Shown piece by piece: positions 37,270-47,471 of a stretch of 64,000 nt of DNA. Both the position numbers and the translations under genes were made by a program. The notes below the pieces were generated by a model. The model had not been told where the DNA came from. It did not search any database and was given only the letters and a program-made list of their open reading frames with translations. Each line of letters begins with the position of its first letter. Position 1 is the stretch's first letter. Source of the DNA: Felis catus. Its lineage: Eukaryota. The stretch lies in assembly GCF_018350175.1 (NCBI RefSeq), contig NC_058368.1, positions 184,390,001-184,454,000 of the forward strand, given 5' to 3'.

Positions 37270-38480
37270 TAATTCTAATAAATATGTTTTAGTTCTTTTC
37301 ATACTTTACTTCTAGATTATATTTGAAGCTGCAGAAACTATTTTTTTTAATGTTTATTATTTTTGAGAGAGAGAGACAGACGGAGAGGAAGCAGGGGAGA
37401 GGCAGAGAGAGAGGGAGACACAGAATCTGAAGCAGGCTCCAGGCTCTGAGCTGTCAGCACAGAGCCCAACAGGGGACTCGGACTCACAGACCACGAGATC
37501 ATGACCTGAGCTGAAGTCAGCTGCTAAACCGACTGAGCCACTCAGGTGTGCCTTGCAGACCTCTTATTTTTTGAAATACTCTCTTACTTTCCTTTTCCCT
37601 CTGTTTTGAATCTTTTCTTCTCCTGTTCATCTCCAAATGTTGATGTTCCTCAGGGCTTAGGCCAAGACTTCTTCTCCCCTCACTCTACCTCCTCTCCCTA
37701 CATGATCTCATTCACACTGGTGACTTCCAACATATGTCTACAACCAAGATTTTTCATCTGAGCCTCATATCCGTATATGCACGTGCCTAAGGAATTCTGA
37801 GGCCTCTCTAATATCCTTATAGGCCCATGAAATACAATTTAGCCAATGGTTAAACTTTTCAGCTTCCCCACAAACTTACTCTTCCAGTTAGGTTGGGGAA
37901 TGGGACTTTTAATCAGTTGTCCAAAGCAGATATTTGGATTAATGATAAAACTCGGATTTCCCAACATAATTAAAACTTCCATAGTAATCTTTCTGAAGTG
38001 TGTATTATGATCCTACCTCCTTAAAAGCCCATTTGTGATTTTCCACTGACCAGGAATATGGCTTATTCTCACATCACAATGAAAACCCTACACCGACTTC
38101 TAAGTTTCCAGTCTTGCTTCCTTTCCTCTGTGAATTCATCGTGCTGAATTACCTACTAGTTTCCAAATATGCCAAGAATTTTCACACCTTTATGCTTTTC
38201 TCTGCTTAAAATACCTGTATAACCCCATCACAGTCTTATTCATTCTTTAAGACTGAGATGAAACATAGGAGCTGAAGACAGAACTAATTCTGTTTTCCCA
38301 TATGGTTCCAAAGCACTTTGTTCAATTCTCCATTCAACCCTTCTGTATAGGTGTTAATATATCTGCCTCCTAAGCTGGAATACAAGCTCCATGAGTGTGG
38401 TTATTCTGCTGCCCTATACCCTTCAAGTTGCATAATTTTGCCAAACTCTTGATGCACTCAATAAACTCAACAAATACAGA
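37270..38480 (+). mobile_element. L2 remnant interrupted by a SINE
   Basis: RT-motif relic gatgttcctcagggc (GVPQG-like), pyrimidine-rich L2 body, 3' end gcactcaataaa. Confidence 0.65.
37341..37552 (-). mobile_element. Can-SINE
   Basis: Antisense SINE body and T-rich tail. Confidence 0.94.
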
Positions 38481-38699
38481 ATTTCAGTAGTAGCCTCCCA
38501 GTTCATGTAAACATAGGCCTATCATGATAGCAATAATTACAGGTCAGTGTTGACCCTAAAATAAGCACTCAGGATCCGTTCTTGTTTCTCATTCATGAGC
38601 TCAAGTTGTATGTAGCTCACTGGCCCTTTGGAAATAGGGTATTTTTATTGTGGGAATCCTCATTTTCAGGGGAGCAATGACTCCTCTGTAAGCTGATTT

Positions 38700-39600
38700 A
38701 TGTGGCTTGTGGAAGACAGGACTTACAGAAGGGTTCTAATGGCGCTTTTTGCTCACTCATACCACATGTATCATTCAGCCATGGCTCACAATGCTATAAA
38801 AATGTCTCTGCCTGGATGATGAAATACATCTATCCCAAGGTATGCCAGAGATTTGAAAATAAAAAGTAAATCTCCTCCTTGGGTGGGATCCACATTATCA
38901 TGCAATTTGTGAGCTTGCCCACGTGAGCCCGTTTCAGGCACTTTTAGATCAGTGGAGCAGCTATTAAAGTGCCATCAAAGCATTTTTGACTCCATAGAAT
39001 TAATCATGAAATCTGTTCCTGCCAGCTCACTTATCATATTCGAAATATTAATTTAGAGAAAAATTAAATCGGACACCCACCGACAGCAACATTTTGCCCT
39101 TCAGAACTCCCCTTCATATTGATTTATTAATGGCTGCCAGAACAGTGTACTAGAACAATTTATTACTTCTTTCTGGATGTTTCTGTATGCTTACAAATAG
39201 TCCTTGGGAATGAGAGGTGTTATCTGACAGTCTTTTGACAGGGGTATTTTTCAATTTGCATAACATTTGGAGGATTTATTGGAATTTAAGGAAGAAGTTT
39301 CATTTTAGTATCAGTGGCAATGGGTGATTTGCTTCAAGAAGTTTTAAAGCCAGGGTGGTCATTTGACTGTGGTGCAAGTCAGAGATAATATAAAACTTAG
39401 TGCATCATGGAATCTACTCTGCACGGTGATGAGGAGCTGTAAAATGCACAAAGGAAGCACAGGCTGTCCTTTTATGAGCTATGTAAATATTCTTTTATTT
39501 TTACTTTTGCTATTAAGATCTTAAATACATCAGCACTTGAATACCATACCATCAAAGTATAAATGATCAACTGTGACAGTACATATTCCAGGCAGTAAAA
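38700..39600. promoter_or_regulatory. Candidate developmental enhancer (unique sequence with motif cluster)
   Basis: No recognisable repeat; CACGTG, two CATCAAAG, TGATTTAT, three TGACAG, ATTTGCAT. Confidence 0.35.
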
Positions 39601-40216
39601 GCAAATAATCCTCTAATCCTGAGACAACTTTACTCCCTGGACCTTAGAGAAGAATCACACTGAACAGAGCCACAGAACAATCCTTACAAGGCCCAAATTT
39701 GCCATCCTATTTGTATAAATCGTATCACCAACCCAGATACAAGTAAAAGATAATCTTGTTTGAGCAATAGACTTTGTGTTCATTCACATTCTTTAATGGT
39801 CACCTTTATTCTGAATCTTTCTTCCTGTAGCAAATATTTATGGATTTTTTTTTCTTGATCTCTGTGGCTAGAGAAATACATGGAGCAAAACCACAGGAGA
39901 CTCTGGAGGTCCACATGTGGTCTAGAAAAGGAAAACATGGTGCCAGTATTGGTCTCAAAATGCTAGTGACTAAAACCAGAAGCCTCCCTTTTCTGTACCA
40001 CAGAGTTCTGGGAATGATACCAGAGTTCTGCCTCTTATTTCCCTGAAACACATCTAAACTGTAGGCTACCTGAGATACACACTGTTCCAGTGCACTGCTT
40101 TTTTGGAGCTTTGTGCCTTTGAACTTGCTGGTTCCTCTTGCTGGAACATCCTTCTTCTCTCTGACAATGCTCATCGATCCTTTAAGACTGTTTAAAATTC
40201 ACCCTCTCCAAGAAGC

Positions 40217-40670
40217 TGCATTAGTTTCCTAATGCTGCTGAAGCAAATTACTTAAAACAATACAAATTTATTACTTTACAGTTCCAGAAGTGAGAAGTCT
40301 AGAATGTATGTACAGGCTCTTGGGGGAGAATCCATTTCCTTTCCTTTTCCAGCTTCTTGATGCCAGCTAAATTCTTTGTCTCATGGTGCCTTCCACCATC
40401 TTAAAAGACATGAAGGTACATCTTCTCATCTCCCTCTCTTTCATCATCACATTGACTTCTCCTCTATGATCTGTGCCTCTCCTTTATAAAGTTGTTTGTG
40501 ATTATATCAGGCCCACCCAATGTAAACCAGACTAAACTTCCCATCTCAAAATCTTTAACTGAATCACCGATGCAAAATTCCTTTTGCAATATACAGTAAC
40601 ATATTCATGGGTTCTGGGAATTGGCACATGAACATCTTTAGTAGAGAGGGCATTATTTTGTCTACCAACA
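40217..40670 (-). mobile_element. MLT1 (MLT1D-like) MaLR solo LTR
   Basis: TG...CA termini; perfect 5-bp TSD GAAGC at 40212-40216 and 40671-40675; minus strand matches the recalled MLT1D 5' end. Confidence 0.88.
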
Positions 40671-41431
40671 GAAGCCTTCACTAATTTCCCACCATAGAGT
40701 AAAGCTTTGCCATCCTCTGGGTACAAAAGAACTTTAGCTGTGCACTCCCCTGAATCAGGTACAGACGACTGCCCAGGATACTTCTATATAAAGCATGTTA
40801 GAACAACACTGTAAATATAGTACGTTGGAGGAAATTGTATTTGCCAGAAAACCCTCCAGAAAAGAAGTTTGTTCAGTTAGAGGTAGTACTTCAATAAGCT
40901 ACTTAAAGGAGAGAGAGAGAGAATGATGGGGCTCTGAAGTAATATACTGGCCACCACACTGCTTTCCGAAGAGGTCTCTTGTTTATAGAGTGGGGTCTGA
41001 AGATGCCAAGGCCATCCTTCTCTGCCTTTCCCAACCACAAACTCAATCCCTTTCCCAAATAAATAAATGTAAAAAAATGAATATACCTTTAAAAAATATA
41101 TATTTGTTGGAAAGGAAACCAAATTACCAGACAATGTAGAGGGCCAACACATCCCAGATAGGGACCTATCTATATTTTAGTGCTTATTACTTTGCTATAA
41201 ATATCTTCATCTAGAAAATGGTGATAAAAGCTTTTTCCTCATATGTTATTGGAAAACTAAATACGTAAAACGTTTAGAACAGTGCTATACACATAGTGCA
41301 TGTTTAATACTCCTTAACTATTCTTATTGGGCATTTTTGTGCTGATATGATACCACAATATCATATATTGTGATTTGGTTTACAGGTTGCATATTCTTCA
41401 AACCCCAGGATTAATAATTTCTGCAGTGGCT

Positions 41432-41640
41432 AGAACTTCACTATCCAACAACAGTGAGTAGCCACATTTGGCTCTTTACATTTACATTAATATTAATTAA
41501 AATTGCATAAAAAGTAAAAATCTAGTTCCTTAATCACACTAGCCATATTTCAAGTGCTCAGTAGCTAGATGTGCCTAGTGATTACCTTCCTGAACAGCAC
41601 AAATATAGACCATTTTCATCATCACAGAAAACACTACTGC
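41432..41640. mobile_element. MER3-like hAT element
   Basis: tagccacatttggct...tagttccttaatcacactagccatatttcaagtgctcagtagc...catcatcacagaaa. Confidence 0.8.
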
Positions 41641-41827
41641 TTAACCCATTCAATAAATACCTCAGTATCAAAGAGTATTATAAGATTTTTAGAAGAGACA
41701 GAGAAAAGTTTAATGTCTCATAGAATCATTCATATGTGGCAGTCATAGTTTCCTTCATGGTAAATCTTAAAGCCATAATAGACCTGAAATCAAATAAACA
41801 CAGCAATTTTTTTTATTCTAAGATGAT

Positions 41828-42040
41828 GGGGGCACCTGGGTAGCTCAGTCAGTTAAGCATCCGATTCTTGATTTCAGCTTAGGTCATGATCTCAAACTTC
41901 ATGGGATCAAGCCCCATGTCAGGCTCTGCACTGACAGCACGGGACCTACTGTTGATACTCTCTCTCCCTCTCTCTCTGCCCTTCCCCTGCTCATGCTCTG
42001 TCTCAAAAAATAAATAAATAAATAAATAAATAAATTTTAA
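41828..42040 (+). mobile_element. Can-SINE with (TAAA)n tail
   Basis: SINE body; TSD TCTAAGATGA. Confidence 0.94.
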
Positions 42041-43649
42041 GCTCTAAGATGACAACACAGTTTGGGCTTTTAGGTTCTGATATTGTGATAAAGATATCTT
42101 TTTTTGGCCTCCATCCTCCAGCTCTAGCCAATCAAAAACTATTAATCTCCTTGTGGAAATGACACCATTTTCTCATTGTTGTTAAAACTCTGGTTATATT
42201 AAGAGAGACAAGAAAAGAGGACACTTACAATTTTGACCAGGATGAACAACATGCTCCTTTATCCTCTCAATATTTTTTAATATTCCACTCATATGTTCTC
42301 TAACTAGCCCCAACAGTAGTGCAGAATGTATTCTTATCATAAGTCCTCAGTATGTACAGTTCAAAATGTAGGCTAAAGCAAGAATGGGAAGTATGTCAGT
42401 ATTCCAAAATTCTATGCCCACTGTTAATCAACCTACAATATTCTCCCCATTGGCTTGGATATAACATCAGAATCTTTCTCAACACAAGTCTCTAGGTAGC
42501 ATCGTTCAAATAGTTGATATTGGCATGTGAGTTCAAATCTACTTGTCATTCCTGGGTCAAAGGGTGGTTTAGGGAACCAAAAGAATCAAAGAAGCAGAGG
42601 AAAGCCAATTGTCTTATTTAAACAATGCTTTCTTTAAGGTGCAATCAAGCTTCGTTTCTTTTCCTTTTTTAGTATAAGAGAAATGTTCTTTAACCGAGAA
42701 CTCAATGGAGCAACAGTGCCACCCAATGGCTGGTTAGATTAGTTTTGCATTTAGCTGTTACCATTTTAACAGACTGTCTTCCACAGATAAAAATGGGAAC
42801 TGGAATTGGCTATTAGCTGCTTAAGCTCCTATTCACCGTTTTCTAAATGATAGATACACCAAAGGTAGGAGGCATCCTGAGAAATGGAATTGTCTTAAAA
42901 CAAAAACCCTCAGCACGTTTCTGCTATCAAATCAAACAGCTCAACAACAAAAAAGGCTCCACGTGAATTGATAAATGAACAGGATGGATTTTTACCTCTC
43001 AGTTATAAGTGGGTGGAATGGGCAACAGTTCTCCAACACCTCCCCCCAACCCCAGGTGACCATGGTTCCTTTTTCCTATTTTCTAATAAATCAATGTGCA
43101 AAACATACCCTACTAGAAACATTAGAGTAGGTATATGTATTGCAGCATTTTATATGCAGAAAAGGCATATAAAGGCTATGACAAGTGTTATAAATAGAAC
43201 TATTATTTAGTTTAAGGGAAGCAGAATTTACATTTCCCAAATCGGAGACCACTCAAGCTTTGAGATTCAAGTAAGCAAAATAAATCTGAGCTTTTTGCAG
43301 TGTGAAATCGAAGCTCTAACTCTATTAATAGAAGAGGTGAGTAATAGATTTCCCTGGTTGGGTGGTGGTGGGTTTTTATTACCCAATCTCCGTGATCTGC
43401 ATAGCACGCCAAACACTTCCAACATGAGGTGACAGGGAGTCCCCAGGCACTGAGTTTGCATGTTGTAAGTGCTGGAATTTTTCTCCCTTGGAGGGACCTA
43501 TTTGAAGATCTGGAGACATCCCCACAGGATTTACGCCCCCAAAAAGGAAAAAGGCTACTCTTCTTTTAAACTTCCAAACAATCAGAGTGCTCATAAAGTC
43601 TTTTTTTTTTTAACTACACTGATGTTCTTTTAAAAATATTCCAACAGCT

Positions 43650-43868
43650 GGGGCGCCTGGGTGGCGCAGTCAGTTGGGCGTCCGACTTCAGCCAGGTCAT
43701 GATCTCGCGGTCCGTGAGTTTGAGCCCCGCGTCGGGCTCTGGGCTGATGGCTCGGAGCCTGGTGCCTGTTTCCGATTCTGTGTCTCCCTCTCTCTCTGCC
43801 CCTCCCCCGTTCATGCTCTGTCTCTCTCTGTCCCAAAAATAAATAAACGTTGAAAAAAAAATTAAAAA
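43650..43868 (+). mobile_element. Young felid Can-SINE (SINEC_Fc type)
   Basis: TSD AAAAATATTCCAACAG(C/T)T at 43632-43649 and 43869-43886. Confidence 0.97.
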
Positions 43869-44404
43869 AAAAATATTCCAACAGTTAAACAGAATGAGTT
43901 GGGGCTAGGTTGATCTGATCTTTGTTTAGTGCATAAAGAGGTGGCATGCAAATATGCATTACTGTTTACTAATGACTGCTAGGATTAATCACTTCTGAAA
44001 AACAAATCCCAATCTACCCTCCATTTGCGGTCAAAAGGGCTTTTTTCAGAACTTTTTTATTCAATCTCTGCCCTCTTATTTCATTGAGTTTTATTTTAGT
44101 GACTTGGACTGTGTTTTGTAATAAATACAACTAAATGAAAAATGACTCAGGTTTTGAAAATGAAATGTACAGGCTGAATAGATGCACACAGGAAATACTT
44201 TAAGCAAAGACCAAAAATATACCCCTAGTGAATGTGAGAAGAAGAATATTCAATTAAGTTCATGTTTCTTCACTGAGTCATTAGGTAGAAAGTTCAATTA
44301 AAAGAAGTTCTATGGGTTACTTAGGGTTTCCTTTGAATAATGATAATTTGTTCTTAGAGCTTTGTAATTGTAGAAACTAATTCGATGAAAGGCAAGATAA
44401 TATG

Positions 44405-44590
44405 GGCTGTACTGTTTGAGATTTTATATCAGATGACCTGTGCTTGAATTCCAGTTCAGCCACAAATTACTACATAAATATGAGTAAGTTACTAACATCT
44501 GTGGGTCTCAATTCTATCTGTAATTGTTAAATAGAAACATCAATAACACAAATCCATAACATTCTTATGAGAATTAATGAGTATTGTCTA
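44405..44590 (+). mobile_element. MIR remnant
   Basis: gacctgtgcttgaattccagttcagccac...aagttactaacatctgtgggtctcaatt. Confidence 0.65.
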
Positions 44591-44779
44591 TGGTGAGAGG
44601 ATGGAATATTCAGAGACTCTCAAGTCCTCCAAGGTAACTGGAGGGGCAACAGAGGTGAGGAGAAAGAAAGACTGGATTTAGGAAGTGACTTGTCTTAGAA
44701 ATGTAACTCCAGCAGCATCCTAGAAAGTAGTCTCTGAAGAAAGTTAGAGGTAAAGAAGGAAAACAAGGAAGATTGTGGG

Positions 44780-44945
44780 TTCTGAGTTCAACCCACCTAA
44801 ATTTTAAAATGATTTCACCACTTCCTACCATCATGATCGCACATGTCCCAATCTCCATGTGTAACATGGGAATAATAATAACAGCATCCCCCCAGAAACT
44901 ATAGGGGTTAAACTGAGGTAAGATATACATAACTTTCACATACTA
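44780..44945 (-). mobile_element. MIR remnant(s)
   Basis: Degenerate MIR core (aaactgaggt...aacttt; tgtaacatgggaataataata); orientation appears mixed. Confidence 0.45.
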
Positions 44946-45334
44946 CATAGCTCAGAGCGAACATTTAGCTCATGGGATCCAAAAATAAAACTCATCTTCA
45001 GTGTAGTTGAAGTGTTAACATATATGGTTGTGTCTATTCACTGAGGGACGCAGAGTTGAGTAATTGTGAAGTCATGCAAAGTTAAATAATGTTTGTAGAA
45101 GACAGAACAAAAGAGAATATAATCTACAGAATCTATAGTAAGTTCCTGAAATTTCTAACTCTCGAACCTAGTGATTCCAGTATGTTCACCTCTGCCAGGT
45201 AGAAAGCATCTGGGAGAAAATCTTCCAGAGTTTCTAAAGAAAGGAACAAGAATTCTAGTTCAGGAGACAGAACATTTACATATTAAATGTCAGTTGAGGG
45301 AGGTCCCATAATAAAGACCTAGAGAGGCTTTGCA

Positions 45335-45568
45335 CAGTCGTAAAGACTACAGACTCTAAGCCAGACTGCCTGGCTTGATTACTGACACTGCCTAGTGGTG
45401 CTACTCGGGAACTGTGTGACCTTGGGCAAGTTACCTAACTCTACTATATCTTACTTTTCACACCTACAAAAAAAATGGAATAATAATATTTATCTAATAG
45501 GAGCATTGTACAAAATAAAGCAGTAAAAATATGTCAGGTACCTAAAGCATATTTAGTGCTAAATAACT

Positions 45569-45570
<2 letters not shown>
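45335..45570 (+). mobile_element. MIR followed by (GCT)n
   Basis: agactctaagccagactgcctgg...ctgtgtgaccttgggcaagttacctaac...aaaatggaataataata. Confidence 0.85.
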
Positions 45571-45599
<29 letters not shown>

Positions 45600-45616
45600 G
45601 CTTCTACCATGAGTAA

Positions 45617-45946
45617 TAAAGGTCCGCTAATAAAGGCATCATTGGAGCCAGATGTGTTTCACAACTTTTCTGATATTACAAAGATAATATGGCATGAACC
45701 CAATATATTACACAATCATCCCAGTGGGATCTCTGACAGCACTTATATTCAAAAATGGTAATATTACTGCAGTATGAATTTCCATGATTGTTAGCTAAGT
45801 AAACACCGATAAAGAGACTCACACAGAGCAAAATCCAATTTTGCTGATAAATGAGTTCAAATGAGGTAAAATTTTATTACCAGATGAGTTTTTAAAATCT
45901 GTTCGTTTCCAGAGCTTTCTGAGCTTTGGCTTTGTCGATTTGTACA
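45617..45946 (-). mobile_element. MER46C-like Tigger MITE
   Basis: ttggagccagatgtgtttc...atattactgcag...aaatgagtt...tttccagagcttt matches the reverse complement of recalled MER46C. Confidence 0.7.
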
Positions 45947-46219
45947 GCTAGGAACATTTGAGAGCTATCGGGAAGGCTTCATAGATGGGTGTATTTTCCT
46001 GGTTGGTAAACAGAAGTGGAGTTGCCAGCAAAAGGATTACAGACTCAATCAGGATCCCCTCTACCCCCTGCAAGACAGAAGGGCTAAGGGAGGCTGAGGC
46101 TGGAGTTATGTCACCTGATCCCCAAGATTGGCAAAGATCAAACAAGGACTAAATTATGTCACAATCTAAAAATGTTAATTCTTTTGGAACAGCCACACAT
46201 CTTTAGCCTAGTGTGTGTA

Positions 46220-46452
46220 GCCAGGGGCTGGAAACCAATAGGTCTGGACAACCAGTGGTAGCCTGAGAGATGTGCTTTGTTTGGTGACACAGTGTTTGAT
46301 TTTAGGAATGTGGAGACTTTGAGGAGAGTATATACTTGCCACTTGCCACAGATGGTCGATCCCATCACTGTCTAGTGTATCCACCCAGGGGTATTCTCTC
46401 CTTTCTATCTCCCTGGTCTCTCTTGGCATTAGAAGTTTTGACTAGTCACTGG
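46220..46452 (+). mobile_element. MER102-like hAT remnant
   Basis: Begins caggggctgg; ends ccctggtctctcttggcattagaagttttgac. Confidence 0.45.
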
Positions 46453-46749
46453 CAAATAAAAGAAAATAACTGTTTGAAATGAGTTCTGAGATTTCAAATG
46501 ATCAATTGGGTGGCGAATTCATCTTGTGGTCTCTATGCAAACTGGCAGAGAGGCTTCATCCTAAAATTCAGCTTTCATGATTTCAGTGACCGCCCAAAAT
46601 ACTGTATTATGAAGATGTTTTAGGAGGCTGCCAGGCTCAATGTTATAGAGGAGGAGAAAGACAGCATTAATCTGTCCTATGTCCTACATCACTTGTTCTC
46701 AAAATATAATCCAGTGAATAATCCAGTAAGTAACATATGTTTCTTCCCT

Positions 46750-47056
46750 CTGCTATCCAATATGTAGTCACTAGTCACATGTGTCCACCGAGCACTGGAA
46801 ATGTAACTAGTACAAGTTGAAATATGCTGTGAGAGTAAAATATCCACCAGATTTCAAAGGCTTTGTAAAAAATAAATTTGAAATATCCCATTAATAAATT
46901 TTAATATTGATTACAAAGTATAATCATAATATTTTTATATTGAGTTAAAAATACATTATTAAAGTTAAGTTTACTTTTTTTAACTTGTTTAATGTGGCTG
47001 CTAGAAAATTTGAAACACATATGTGTCTCATTAAGAGATTCCTATTGCACATCACT
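46750..47056 (-). mobile_element. MER33 hAT element, apparently nested in an older hAT relic (about 46690-47305)
   Basis: tccaatatgtagtcactagtcacatgtg...gagcactggaaatgt...aatgtggctgctagaaaattt...cctattg. Confidence 0.82.
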
Positions 47057-47310
47057 ATTTTATATTATTCATGTTCATGATGTAGAACATTAAAAGTGAT
47101 TTCTGACCCTCATTTACATTTTTGTGCAATTTTTAATGAACTACAGACCCCACTAAATTAATATTTTAGGAGGAAAAAAAGGATTTCCTATTAACTCTGT
47201 TAGGAAAAAAGATAAAAGTTTCCAGGATTCTCTCAACATTTATCATCTAATGAACTTCCCAGAGTTCCCTCCCCATCACACATAAGTACCAGTTGGGAAT
47301 CACTGCTCTA

Positions 47311-47471
47311 GAATAGCCTATGGGCCAAATACACCAGCCACAGATATGTTTACATATTGTCTATGGGTTTCTTTGCACTAAATGGCAGGATTGAGTTATT
47401 GTGACAGAGTCCCCAAAGCCCAAATCAGTTACTCTCTGGTCCTTCACAGAAAAAAAGTTTAATGACTTCTG
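47311..47471 (+). mobile_element. MER58A-like fragment
   Basis: gggccaaat...tttacatattgtctatgg...ttgagttattgtgacagag...ctggtccttcacagaaaaa; TGCTCTAGAA on both flanks. Confidence 0.75.

Noticed and set aside
42714..42733. CTCF-like motif CAGTGCCACCCAATGGCTG
   Set aside because: Two mismatches in the high-information core relative to GCCACCTAGTGG.
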